From contig FLMG01000883.1 in NCBI GenBank assembly GCA_900088475.1, forward strand, positions 1 through 62,061: a DNA stretch of 62,061 bases, written 5' to 3'. A model generated the notes under the pieces. The model was not told the DNA's origin, searched no databases, and worked only from the letters and a program-made list of their open reading frames with translations. Numbering within the stretch: the first letter of the stretch is position 1; the number at the start of each line of letters is the position of its first letter. Shown here piece by piece: positions 16,745-29,451 of this stretch. The translations under genes were made by a program, and so were the position numbers. This DNA comes from Hyphochytrium catenoides (Eukaryota; Protista; Hyphochytriomycota).

Positions 16745-19441
16745 AGAGTAGATAAGGACCAATGATCAATGATACCTCCAAGGGAGCGCAGAGCGGGTCT
16801 GTAGGAAGAGCCATAACCCTGAAGAACAGGCTCGCGGGTTGTCCTACAACTATTTTTGTTGAGACTTCCCTGTGAGAGATACAAGAGAAGAAGGCGAGAG
16901 GAGAGAAAAGATATAGAGACAGATAAAGGAGAGAAAAGGAGAGGTCCATAGATAGAAGGGAAGGAGAGTCACACCCGTGGATGGGAGTATAGAGTGGAAG
17001 GTGATATGTTAGTTACGTTCTAGGAGAGTGATCAGGGAGAGGACAGGGGACAGATTCCGTAGAAAGACTCTATAAAAAGATTGGATTGGGACGGGTAACA
17101 GGGTCGAAGAAGGAACGCGTGACCGCAGCAGGACAGCGTATTCTTCTTAGCAGTTGGAGACGAGAGCACTTGGACCGTGGACCAGAGATTTTTAGACCGA
17201 GCGCTTGGAAAAAGAGAGTACGGAGAAAGAAAGAGAGCGAGGCGGCGAGCAGGAGAGAGAGAGAAAGAGAGAAGGGAGAAAGAGAGAAACAGAATACTAA
17301 TGATAGAAAGAGAGGGAGGGGGAGGAGGGTGGTGGAGAGGGAAGAGGGGACAGACACTTCCTTACTCCGTGCCAAGATGCCTTCTTTTTCTTTTTATAAA
17401 AAATGAGAAGAGAGATAACTGACTGCGGTCTTCTGATTGGAGCGCGGGAAGGAGTGCCCGAGTCACTCCCTTCCATGCCGTTCAAGCATACTTTACTTGT
17501 CCGGCAGAGCGCCTCCCGTGAACTTCGTCATACCTTTCGGGCTCTTCTAACCAGAAGCCCGGAGCCAGAAGCCGGAAGATTAGCCAGTTGGAGGTTTCTC
17601 CTTTTCCTTGTCAGTACCAGGCCTTTGATCTGTCCATCATGGCTATAATCAGCGGGTCGATAATTTAACAGCATCAGTGTGAAGAAGTATGAGGCCCGCT
17701 TAGAGGCTGCGGTTTGTGCCGATTCGATGACAAAAGATGCCTTTCTTCCCCTCATCAGGTGTTGTCGTGGCTGCGTGGAACGGCCTGTGAAGCTTCCAAT
17801 GTGGTTGCTCTTCACTCATCAAAGCTTCTCGGCCTAGTCATTGGGCTCACCACCTGACGATGGCTTTTTAGTCTTCACTGGGGTTTTCTTTGGCAATCCA
17901 TCAACTTCTTCAGCAGTTAGAGCCCTTCTCTTCCTTTAGCTGCGTAGAGAGAGAGAGTGATAATAATATTGAAGCTATGCTTCCCTTCCTCCCTCTTCTG
18001 TCGTTGATTGCTGAGGAGCTCAGCTTCGAGTCTTCCTTTTCTGAAGAAGAGTAAAGGTAGACGGGAGAGAGTTGAGAGAGGTCAAGAGTTCCTAACTCTT
18101 GTCTCTTCTCTTCTCCGTCCGTTCCTTCGATGAGGTAAAAGGAGAAAGGTTACGAATGGAAGACTGCGCATGAGGTGCCACGGAGTTTTGATTCTCTCTC
18201 TTTGGCTTTTCTCTTCTTCTCTCTCTCTCCTTCCACGGCCTCCCGTCGTCTCTGATGGTCAAAGGACCTCCCTCTCTCCTCCTACCATCCGACGGCAATA
18301 TAACAAGAGAGAAAGAAGAAGGAAAGGTAGAAATAGCAACGGGAAAAGGAGAAAGAGAGAGGAGAACGAGTTGGTTGTAGATGGACTCATAATAAGCGAG
18401 AAATGTGCTTCCAGACATCAGCGAACATAGGAGGGAGAGAGAGGAAAGAAGAGAGGTCGTCAGAAGAAGATAGGAAGAGAATGGCGCCCGATGGGGGAAA
18501 GGAGAGAAAACGGACAGAGAAGAGAGTCGTCCTCCCGTCCCAGGGAGCTCGCTGGTGCTGGCACTGCAGTACACTGGGGATCAATAAACAAAATCTTAGC
18601 CACTAAGTATAGATTCTCCAAAGGAGAGAAGAATGAAGCAAAAGAGAGAAGAGAGACAGAAATGAGAGAGAGAGACAAAGGGGGAGAAGATGAAAGCTTG
18701 AGATTTGGAGGCCGCGATATTATTGCCTGAGGCAGGACGAGCACTCTATCTAGCTAGTAGCCGCGTCGCCGATCCGCGTCCAGTCACGCAAAAGTCCTGC
18801 TTTCAGGTGACATCTACACGAGAGAACGAGCCATCACGGCGCTTCACAAGCCAGAAGAGGAGAAAGGAGAGCTTGATAAGAGTCAATGCCACAGAAAGTA
18901 ATTTGAACAGCGAGGGCCATCATGGTGAGGCAAGCTTGTCAGAGGCAGGGACACGAAGCTGTGCGGTCAACGCAGGAGCTAGGTCCAGATGAAGATGTTC
19001 CCTGCTCTCCGCTTCAAGATCACTGAAGACGGTCATGCCTAGCTTTGCACCCCTGCTAAGAGAGCCGCGGCGGGGCTGGCTATGGAATTCAAAGCTGGGG
19101 AACAGGCGCTACGGAACTTTTGCCCTGTTATTGTTAGCCTAGCGCGGCCAGACAACGTGACGGACGTTCCTTCTCGAGCTGCTAGCACACGCCTTCTGCA
19201 AGGCTATGGGTGGACCTCTGAGAAGGGAAGAGATGCCGAGATAGGAGAAAGACCGCGCCAAGGGAGATGCACTTTATTGTTTTCAATTTTATAAAACGAA
19301 CGTTCGAGAGAGAGAAAAAGAGGACAACTTTATATAAAGAAAGATAATCAGAAGGCTGTTGGACGGAAGAGAGTCCTTCCTCCGTAGTGCAGGCTGCTGC
19401 TGCTGCAAGGACCTGGAGCGATTCCTTTCCCATGCCGTGGC

Positions 19442-19495
<54 letters not shown>

Positions 19496-19519
19496 ATGTG
19501 TGTGTGTTTTTTTCTCTCT

Positions 19520-20098
19520 TTCCTCTTGCTACTGGGTTTGATGGAGGTGCGGGCCCTGGATAGTGTGACGATGTGGTCAGGTCTTGACTCGGACCTGTCC
19601 AACGATGTAAATCATCATCTCCCTCATCAGTGCTAGAACCTGCTTCCTGTCTCCCTCGCTTGCGCCGCTTGTGAAGCAATCGAGCTGGTCTTAGTTCTGC
19701 GGCTCTTCCCTCGTTCCTCCTGGTTCACTGTGTTGATCTCTTCCATCTTCTGCTGTCTTTCCTTCTCCGTCTTCTGCTGTTTCTCTTTCTTCAGTTGCTC
19801 CGTTTGCTCCTGTGTCCCTTTCTTTATGTCTTTCATCTTCTTCTGTGCTCTTCTCCTCCCTCTCTTTCTGCACTAGCTCCCACATCGCCTTCTTCTCCGT
19901 CTTGAGTTTTTCTACTTCTTCCAGACTTAGGACGCCGTCTACAGGCAGAGAGAAGTCTTCAACTACTGCTCCATCACTGTCAGCAGAAGTCACCAGAGGG
20001 AGATCTTCGGCAACATTCCTACGAAGAGTTTGCTGGGCGGCTGTCTGTTGAAGGACGAAGAGCACAAGGAAGGCCGAGGCAGAGCTAATGAGCTTCAT
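19520..20098 (-). pseudogene. Secreted coiled-coil protein gene, probably frameshifted
   Basis: Signal peptide MKLISSASAFLVLFVLQQTAA; the K/E/Q coiled coil continues in a second frame (MKDIKKGTQEQTEQLKKEKQQK) and possibly a third. Confidence 0.5.
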
Positions 20099-22640
20099 CC
20101 TGTTGCTGCTTGGCTACGTTGAGAGGGAAAGAGAGAGAGAGACGTTCACGTGTGAATCTCAGGTTACGTTGCCCAGGCAGGCTTTCCCCGATGGACACTT
20201 TTTGGATAGTGGCTTGCGCTGGAAAGAGCAAATTGTACAGTGAGAGAGGGAATAGTTCTAGAGAGGAAGCTTCTCTCTTTTCGCACCTGACGAGGTATTG
20301 AGATCCTCGTTCGCGCCATGAGTTGATGGCAACACGCTGAGACAGACAGAGAGAAAAAATATATAGAGAGAGAGCGGTAGAAAGAGGACAGATCTAGAGA
20401 AAGGAGGATCTGGAGGACGAGAAGGAGAGCATCCGTGGAAAAAACAGAAGAGAGAGAGGGGGAGGCTGGACTTCTACTAGTGCTCGCAGTGCTTAAAACA
20501 TAAGGTTAGAGGAGGCCGTTGATGCAACCAGCCGGCCAAGAGAGGAACCAACCTTCTTCCTTCTTGCATCTCTATAAGGAATCGAAGTCACATCTTCTAC
20601 ACTTCTGCTACGACTATCATAAAAGGGCAAGGTCCTCGTAAAGACAAAGAATGAGCGGCACGCAGCGTTCTGCTTATTAGAGTCTCAACCATAATGAGAA
20701 AGGCGTTGGTTGAAGTGTGGAGAACCTCGGGAGGACCGAAGGAAGCGAGGAAGAAGAGGGAAAAGAGAGAGAAGAAGAGGAGGACAGCCTGTCATATTAT
20801 TAGAGCTTTCTAGATCCTTTTCAATATTTTAGACGAGCGCAACATTTATTTTTTAGGGCCCACAAGCTGGGGCGGTTGTCAGCATCCGCGGTCATAGAGT
20901 TAACGGTACAAGCGGGGAAAGCTACAAGCACTTGCCTTTTTTCGGGTGACAACCAGAATAAGGAGTCGTGAACGAAAGTAATAGTGTGAAGAATGTGGAA
21001 AACCCTACGTAATGACACTGTTGAGGCTCGAGCCATATGACTAATTCTCGGTGTCGTCTGTCTCGGAGCTCGACACAAGTCAGGCCTCAACCTTCTTCCA
21101 CAAAGAACGAACCGTCTTCACTCTTCAACGCTGCTGTTGTGACGTGAAGCTCTCAACATGATCCCTGAAAAAGATATGCTCACTCTTCTCATAGCGTAGC
21201 AATGGGCACTGAGCGTCAGGGTAGAAGAATGTTAGCCCAGATGCCTGAAGAAAGGACGACATAAAGGCTGGGATAAGACTAGCAGTGCACCAAGAGAGAG
21301 AGTGTGAGATCCTCTCGCACAACGAGAGGAACTCTAAGATTAACACGGCAGAAGACCTTAAAAGATTTCAGAAGTCATCGTGTTGCCCTTCACTTCTATG
21401 GACTCGGTCGCATTTTTTTAGCAGGAAAATTTGACTCTTGACATCTTAGGCTGATGGTCGTCGATGCGTTGATTCTACCTTGCACTTCCACAGATAGTAG
21501 ATAGATAGATACATAGGTAACAAGTGGTAGCCTTACTACGTTCCTATGTAGCGGCTCCTGTGGAAAACAGTAGTACTCTTTCTACCGTTTTGCGACACAC
21601 CGCCTGTTCCACTTTCTGGAAAGAGAAGACGAAGCCGCAGTCTCATTTCTTCGACCTCCGATATCCAAACGAACTCTATCGAGTAAGGTGTCGTCGCTCC
21701 CACCTTGCTCTCTAGCTCGTCTCTCTCTCGCAGGCTCTCCTTAAGTTGTTTCCTTAGGTCTTCAAGGAGAGAAGAGGTCTTCTTCTATCATCTGAACTCT
21801 ATGAGGTAGGCCTCTCGGATGGATGATGGATCGGTTCTACTCGTCTCACCGGCCGGGGCAGTCCACAGAAGAGGCTACGCTAAGGTAGAGCTACTCATCA
21901 TTCCTTTGTTGTCAGGTCGTTGGACATTTTGATCTGCGTGGTGGCTGGCTGGACCCCTTGATTATGCCTGCTATTCCACCTGTAGAAGTCACATTGTTTA
22001 CCTTTTATTATGAAAATTAGAGACACCTATAACAATGCGCTTGGTCCAGTTCCAGCCATCAATAATCTATTGAACTGTCGTTCTGCTGGTGAGAAGTTCA
22101 GTAGAGCATTTCATGTAGAACTATAGCTTGCACGAATCTCCTTTTTCTTTTTGGAGTATCTACCGTTCCTGCTCCGCCCTGCTCGAGCATTTTGTTAGCG
22201 CGCAGCCCGAGGAAGAAGAGAAGGACAAAGAAGGGCAACAGAGAGATTGATCCAGCAGCCACCTGCTGCTGCTCTCGTCATGTCCTGTTGTTCATCATCA
22301 GCTTCTCACCAGAACCACCTCATGGTATAGATATCCTGACCACGTTCTGCCCCACGTCTTCCCAGTTGTACATTGGCCCCTAAGCCTCTTGCTCTGGGTC
22401 AGGAAGACTAAGGTCTCTATTCCCTTCGTTCTGTACCGGATACTAAGGATTTAGTGGGATGCCGTTCCTGTTTCCATTGTTCTAGTACTGATATTAGGGA
22501 TTCACCTAGCAGAAGATGCAATTAGAAGTTGAAGAGCACATCTTCTGGGAAGAGTAAACCTATGATGAGGCTGGCTTCGGGACGTCGACCCCAGCATCAG
22601 TGGCCATCCAGCGCAAGCTCACACGGTCTTGTCTGCTTGA

Positions 22641-23071
22641 TGTAAGGGAGGAAGGGACAGTGAACTAAGTGGAATATATAATCATGACTGATAGTAAGCA
22701 GCTACTAGTTGTAAGCGCTAACCAGGAGGCCTTTTCCTTTCACTCTTTCCCTTCCTATATGACGTAGAAAAAATTTTAGACACTCGTTTGCACAGAGGCC
22801 GTCGTCAATATCTAATCAATTGGAAGGGTTATCCAGATCACGATGCGTCTTGGGAACCAGAAGCCATGCTAACCCGCGCTGACGAAGTATTAAATGACGT
22901 CTGGGCCCAGTCTCACGATATCCCTGCTCCCAGGGCATTGCCAGAAGGAGGGGGAAGTCTGCGTAGGAAGGGAAAGAGCGTAAGGCCTCCTGGTTAGCGC
23001 TTACAACTACTAGCTGCTTACTGTCAATCATAATTATACTTTCCACGTAGATCACAGTCCCTTCCCTTACA
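22641..23071 (+). mobile_element. Chromovirus (Ty3/Gypsy) mini-element: inverted LTR - chromodomain - PPT - LTR
   Basis: YDVEKILDTRLHRGRRQYLINWKGYPDHDASWEPEAML chromodomain; PPT GAAGGAGGGGGAAG; LTR 22962-23071 and its reverse complement 22641-22759; flanks CTTGA/CTTAA. Confidence 0.85.
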
Positions 23072-25752
23072 CTTAACCTCTTACAACTTTGAAGAGAGGA
23101 CGAACAGCCCGCTACAATTTGACAAACATCTTTTCAAAAGGGCAATAACACCTGAACAACATGAGCAAGGGTGATGAATAAGACTGGCTGCCAAAGTCTT
23201 GTGCTGGCTAGAGCAGCAATGAGACAATTCCCTTGAAGAACTAGATGACAACGGGTGAAGTCTACGGAGAGGACAGAGGTGATTGAGAACAGGGAGGAGG
23301 AAAGGGAGAGGGCCAAATTCTTTGGGGTGGGAGGAAGAGGGAAGAAGAGCAAACTTTCTCTCTTTTGGGGTGTTGAGGAGAAGGAAGCGCTGTTCTTCAT
23401 TTCTAGGAAGAAGCTCATTCTTGAAAGCTAGTCGGAAAGACTATAATAAAGTCTCCATCTGCTCGATACTGCTACTTCGTCTCAGCACAATTGGCAGTCA
23501 TTCAAAAGCAGGGCCTTCAGAACGAAAGGCTGATACGTCGTCAACTCTTAGGTTGGCTCTGCCGTCAGAGGATCTGGCAAACGCTCCCTCAAGAGATTTC
23601 GGACAAGAGTAAACGTTAAAAGGACGATCTACGAGCGCTGAAATCGTCAGGCAACTCTCTGTTGTTCACACGATGAGACGCTATCATAAACATATCAACA
23701 GACGCAAGGGTACCATGACGTTCATCGTTGAGCACGTCATCAGTAGAGTTATGAGCCTGAATTATGATGATGCTAGTAGTCTTAAACAGAGTAGAGACCT
23801 ACCGAGATATAATGATGTTTGGCCGCCGTCTGTTACTTTGCTCTATAGATTGTCACTGGGAAGAAGTGGATATGAAGAGGAGGAAGAACTTCTTCCCAGT
23901 AAAAATTCGTTAGCCTTGGAAGAAGTGATCAGCATAACTCCGATGGAACAGGATCTAACAGACTCCTTTACAGTCCTTGATAGTACTCTCATAATAGGAG
24001 ACACTTTTTTGTTTCCTTGCTTCTCTTTCTTTCCCCTCGCTCTCTCTTTCTCTCCGCGCTGTACGTAAAAAGTCACAAGTACAGTTTTGGATATAATGAA
24101 GCAGCTCTGGAGGCTGTCTCTCATTCCTTTTCTTGCTTCATCAAGGGATGATTGACCTCAGCCAACCCCTTTGTTTGAAGGAGCATGATGATGGAAGGCG
24201 AAGACAAACGCGCGGATGACGGTGACGTGACAGAAGGGCAGCGTGGACCCTAGACATTCATAATGAAGAGGACAAGACCGTACATACCTCAAAGACCTGA
24301 TGGAGGAGACAGCTAATCAGAAAAAGGGAAGATTTACGTTAATAATATAAGCGCCAGAGGAGTGCTCAACACGACAGCGCTAGAAGCTGCAAATAGTCAG
24401 ACTCTAACTGAGTGGCGGCGAGAGAGGAGCGGAGCTCTATCCCGTCCTAACTAGGGTTAGACGCTGTAGAAGAGAGTGCCAAAGGCACATTAGTGCATTC
24501 CAAGATTTAACCCTAGGGTGCAAGTAGTAGCGGAAGTAGAAGACTACTACGAGGAGAGAAGGGTTAGGAAGAGACACAAGGGAGTCATCAACAAGAAGGA
24601 AATCTGATGTTGTTCACGTGGAAGGAGAGGATGGCCCGCCCAACTTCCCCTTTTGCTATTCATTCATTATGTTATTTAGCCACGTGTCATCAATCATGCT
24701 TGACTAAGACAGTCATGCCTTGAAAAAGATCAAGCTTACTCCTTATCACTCCTCCACGTCAAAGTTCAAGCAGGTGATTTCTAAGGATGAAAGAAGAACA
24801 TCCTCTTCCGCAGATGGACGCTGGTCTTGCTTGCTTGCTCGATTGTGATGGATGATGGTCTCGGCGCTACGTTCCTCTTCTTCTCCTCCTCTTTCTTCGT
24901 CTCCTATCGTTATCGCTGAAGAGCTCAACTATGATGCTTTTTCTTCCTTCTCTGATACTGATGGTGGAGGAGGAGAACGTGCTGAAGAAGAGTTCAGGAC
25001 TATTATGTAGCTCTTGTCTCTTCTTCCTTTCCTTCTTCTTCCTTCTTCTCTCCTTCTTCCTCCTCTTCTTCCTCTTCTTCTGTCCTCTTCTCCTTCTTCT
25101 TCTTCTTCTTCCTCTTCTCCTTCTTCTTCTTCTTCCTCTTTTCTCCTTCTTCTTTTTCTTTGATCATATTCTTCCGTCCCTTTCTTCTTCTTTTACAAAT
25201 TCTTCTTTTCTTTCTCTCTTTTGAATATAATAAGTACAAGGCCACACTGAAACACCACCAATTTTACTTATAGTTTACTGCAACTAATCTAATACTAGGA
25301 ATACTATGAAGTACTAAATACTTACTATAGCAACACCAAGTACACCAAGTACATTAGAGTGAACTAACTCTTTGGCTTATAAAGGTAAAATAAAGAGCAT
25401 CAGATTCTTTTTAGAATCAATAAAGCAAGAGATCTGAGCCACGTGTACCGTTTTGACAAACTTAGAAAATTTAAAGAGCAAGTACAGCAAGTACAGCTGT
25501 TGTAGTTGTAGCGACTTGACACAAGTAACCTTGAGATTAAGAAAGTTACTCGTATAGGGGCTCATCATACAGAAGCGCATCCTCTCTATAAGTACTAGAC
25601 TTGCCCAATTAGAGCTCTTTAACTACTTACTTGTACCTGTACTTGAGCGTACGTTCAGGAAGAGAGTGGATACGGAAGGAAAGAGAGAGAGCGAAGCAGC
25701 CATAGAAAGGAGAGAGATATTATTGTTAGGGAGCGAGGAAGGTGGGGGAGAA

Positions 25753-25815
<63 letters not shown>

Positions 25816-27021
25816 AGGGAGAGAGGGGAATAATACACAGACGGGATTTACCCGGAGGATAAGTCACGTAAAGTGACCATGAGGATAAGAACCGGCTCTT
25901 CCTAGTCCTAAGTACATGGAAAGAGGAAGTAGACTGCAAAGGTTTTTTGAAACAGTAGTAGAGATTTACAGGGCCTAAACATAATAATAGAAGAGCAAAC
26001 AGAGGAGAACTCTCATAAAGCCGGAGAGAGCAGTCTTCTGTCCGTATTTTCCTTCTTCCTCCTTCACAAAGCGGTTCCACTGGCCTGGCTCTGTCAATAA
26101 GAAAGCACCCATTGCGTGCGCCTGCCTCTGTGCCTCTGATGACTTTAAACCTGCGGTCTTAGTCCAGATTATGTACTCTTAGTATGTCGCTAATTTTTGA
26201 TTCTGTCTCTCTCTCCAGTTCCTCCTCTCCTCCTCGTTTTTCTTTCTTCTCTCTCTGCCTGACTGCCACCTCATTCTGTCTCTAGTTCTATGTTCCCTGT
26301 CTGTTACCACGGACAAACTCTCTCTCTCTCTCTCTCTTCCCCACTTTTGGTTGTTTATGGTACTTTTTCCAATTGCTTGGCAGAAGGCTACTGTCATCAA
26401 TGCTTATAAGAAGAGACCTTTGCCAAGATGTCAGAGTTTCAGCATCAAGGTCCGTACGCTTGAGACCGAATATCTCCGGTACAAGGTGCACAACAGAGAG
26501 ACAGATATGTTTCATTTCTTCTCCTGTTTCCTCGCTCTCCTGATGCTTGGAGTGGAGAGATAGTACAGATTAAAGAGCTTATAGCTCTTTTCCCTTTGTA
26601 CGATGAGTTAAAAGAGAGAACACAGACTCTCTGTGTAATAGGTCCTGTTCCCTCTCTCTCTCTTACAGCCGTTTTCCAGCGTGTTGATGTCCTTTCCCTT
26701 TCTTTCTTCGCCCCTTTCTGTTAGGCTCTGAGTTGGAAGTGATGGCCATCAGCCTAGCCTAGCAAAAGGATGACTGTCAGCAGCTGCTCTGTCTCTCTCT
26801 TTCTCTCTTTACCCTCCTTGTCGGAAATAGTTAGGAGCAAGCAAACATTGAGGCGCCCGTCGTGGCGTCTGGTTGCCGTCTCACACTTTCACAGTTTCCT
26901 CTCCCCGTTCAGGGCGGCCTTCGTAGTTGTCTCTCCGATCCTGACGGCAGAGAGGGAAGGAGAAGGGAAGAAAGAAGGGTAGAGAGACGAGAGAGAGACT
27001 TATCTCAATTGATAGAGGAAA

Positions 27022-29049
27022 ATGGGGATTTCTCTCCGCGCTTTACGATCAAAAACCGCGCTCCTTGCTGTCAGTCTTCTGTTGAACCTTCTCTCAGGGC
27101 CATTAGCTCCGGTAGAGATAGCTGCGGGAGGTGCAAGCCACCTTCGAAGTCTTTCTTCATCCTCTTCTCTCGACAGTCTTTCTCTTCAAAGTGCAGATCT
27201 TGCGGACGTGACAAATCATGACCGTACTTTCTTTGAGAGAGAAGAAAGCAACGGACGGAGCGCACACTACTTTGCCCGACGAAGAAGACGAGCGCAGGCA
27301 GCAACAGCGGACGCTGCCGCTGGAGCTGCCAATAGAGGAGGTGCCGCGGCTACGACTGCTTCTGCAGACGCCCTGGGCATCCCTCCGTCTATCTTTGCCC
27401 GGCTGACCCAGCTACAGAACGCCGCGATAGGCAACTGGAGCGCGATCGGGCTTCCTCTTCTAAACCCTAAACTTCCCACAATCATCCAAGCGGCTGCGAA
27501 AGCTCTTGCTAATGGCCCTGCTGGATCTACGGCTGTGGCGGACTCCAATGCTCTTTCCACTGGCTTTGGTTCAGCCGCTGTAGCAGACTCCAACGCGCTA
27601 GCTAATGGTCCTGGATCTACGGCTGTGGCAGACTCCAATGCTCTGTCCAGTGGTATTGGATCTACGGCTCTGACAAACTCTAACGCCCTTGCTAATGGTC
27701 CTGGATCTACAGCGGTGGCAGACTCTAATGCTCTATCCAGTGGCATTGGATCTACCGCCGTGGCGGATTCTAATGCTTTATCAAACGGACCTGGCTCTAC
27801 GGCAATTGCAGGCTCCAATGCCCTCGCCAACGGCCCTGGCGCGACTGCCATAGCAGACTCTACTGCTCTAGCCAATGGTCCAGGAGCCACTGGTGTGGCC
27901 TCATCCACTGCTATTGCTAGCGGAGGTGGAGCTACGGCTGTGGCTTCGTCAACAGCTGTCGCCAATGGCCCTGGCTCTACCGCCTTCGCATCATCAACGG
28001 CTATCGCAGTAGGAAACGGCGCCTATGCTCGGGCCTATTCTTCTTCTTTCGCCAGCGCTTATGGGCCCGTCCTCCCGTATAATCCTGGGCCGGCCTATCC
28101 TCCGCCTCCTTACCCTGGACAGCTCCAGTTCCCGCCGCCTCCGCCTCCAATCTTCTACCCTCCTCCTCCTACTCTTCCGCCAGTTCTTCCTCCTCCTCCT
28201 CAACCTTTCCCTAACCCGCCACTACCGGCTCCTCCTCAGCCCTCGCGACCTCGCCCGCTGACTCAGGCAGAGATCATAAAGGAGTGCTTGGCTCTTGCCA
28301 GTGGCTACGCGTTCTATCAGCACCAGGCGCTAGTGGCAAACTTGGGCAGGACGACGTTCTTTGAGCCTCCGGCGCTCTTTCCTCCCGATCTCCCTCTTTT
28401 TGACGTTTATTGGCAAGAGAGACCACCTGTTTGGACTGATCCGCCTCCAGTCTTCCGTCTTCCTGGAAACAGAGTGATCACGGCTCCTCGGCGGCCGCCT
28501 ATTCCTCCCGTGATCCAGCCTCCACCATTTCTATGGCAAGGAGACTGTTCCGTGGTTCCTCGAACCTTCAGCTTGCGTCCAGAGTGGCGCATCGCTGATG
28601 CAGGCGTGCCTTCCAACTGGAAGAGCATCGCTGACACGGATGTGCTGTCCAAGTTACTCATTCTGGATTTGAGCTTTGAGACATCACAAGGTGGTTCTCC
28701 TGTCGAGATCTTCTCCTCTTTGTTGAGAACCCAAGACAATCACTTCCCACAGTTTGACTACTACGGCCCCAATCCAGAGCGCGGCTGCACGTGGGAGGCG
28801 CTGCGCTCTTACTTTGGCCGCAACGATGACAATGTGATGCTCAAGTGGGTGGAGACGCTGCTCCGTCAGAATAGCGAGGCTTTTCTCAAGTGGCACGCGG
28901 TACAGAGCGAGTTCCATAGGTTTGTAGAGTGGCACCAGCTCTACTTTCCTTACATCTGCGGGACGGGGCTCAAGGCGAGCTTCAATGAGGCGTACAATGA
29001 CTGTCTGAGGTTCTATTGGTATAATAGAGAAGAAGACTATGATAGATAG
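27022..29049 (+). CDS. Secreted protein with ~12 x 15-aa Ala/Ser/Gly repeats, a Pro-rich linker and an unknown C-terminal domain
   Basis: 675-aa intronless ORF; N-terminal hydrophobic signal; GSTAVADSNALANGP repeats with synonymous codon variation; Trp/Phe/Cys-rich C-terminal domain. Confidence 0.85.
   Translation: MGISLRALRSKTALLAVSLLLNLLSGPLAPVEIAAGGASHLRSLSSSSSLDSLSLQSADLADVTNHDRTFFEREESNGRSAHYFARRRRRAQAATADAAAGAANRGGAAATTASADALGIPPSIFARLTQLQNAAIGNWSAIGLPLLNPKLPTIIQAAAKALANGPAGSTAVADSNALSTGFGSAAVADSNALANGPGSTAVADSNALSSGIGSTALTNSNALANGPGSTAVADSNALSSGIGSTAVADSNALSNGPGSTAIAGSNALANGPGATAIADSTALANGPGATGVASSTAIASGGGATAVASSTAVANGPGSTAFASSTAIAVGNGAYARAYSSSFASAYGPVLPYNPGPAYPPPPYPGQLQFPPPPPPIFYPPPPTLPPVLPPPPQPFPNPPLPAPPQPSRPRPLTQAEIIKECLALASGYAFYQHQALVANLGRTTFFEPPALFPPDLPLFDVYWQERPPVWTDPPPVFRLPGNRVITAPRRPPIPPVIQPPPFLWQGDCSVVPRTFSLRPEWRIADAGVPSNWKSIADTDVLSKLLILDLSFETSQGGSPVEIFSSLLRTQDNHFPQFDYYGPNPERGCTWEALRSYFGRNDDNVMLKWVETLLRQNSEAFLKWHAVQSEFHRFVEWHQLYFPYICGTGLKASFNEAYNDCLRFYWYNREEDYDR
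27523..28062 (+). repeat. Coding 45-bp tandem repeat (~12 units)
   Basis: Units such as GGATCTACGGCTGTGGCAGACTCCAATGCT...AATGGTCCT. Confidence 0.9.
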
Positions 29050-29072
29050 AAGATAGAACGGGGAACCGCAGG

Positions 29073-29128
<56 letters not shown>

Positions 29129-29387
29129 TATCTGTTGAAAGAGGAGCTAGCCTGCTGCTAAGATTATCTCTTTCCTCTTCCGACCCTTGAGGTCAAAGAG
29201 TCATTGACTGCCAAGCCATCACACTGCTGGGGAATTGTATGGATAAAATATAGTTTTTGGGGATAAGCTCTTTCTTCCCCAGTGGCCAACTTTCTCATTC
29301 TCTCTCTTCTCTCTACTGTTTCTCTCTCCTATTTTAACCAAATAATGGGAGCACCTGATTGGCGACGGGTAGACCTGGACTTTAAAA

Positions 29388-29451
<64 letters not shown>

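Noticed and set aside
16449-17400. Possible spliced gene on the minus strand (exon-like 16870-16776)
   Set aside because: Splice-like boundaries are present, but no recognisable protein or consistent frame could be built
20821-24124. Short ORFs around the Gypsy mini-element
   Set aside because: Coding-like but riddled with stops and without recognisable motifs; cannot be assigned
27267-27965. 232-aa antisense ORF with ALESATAV repeats
   Set aside because: Mirror of the sense-strand repeat protein; no independent signal
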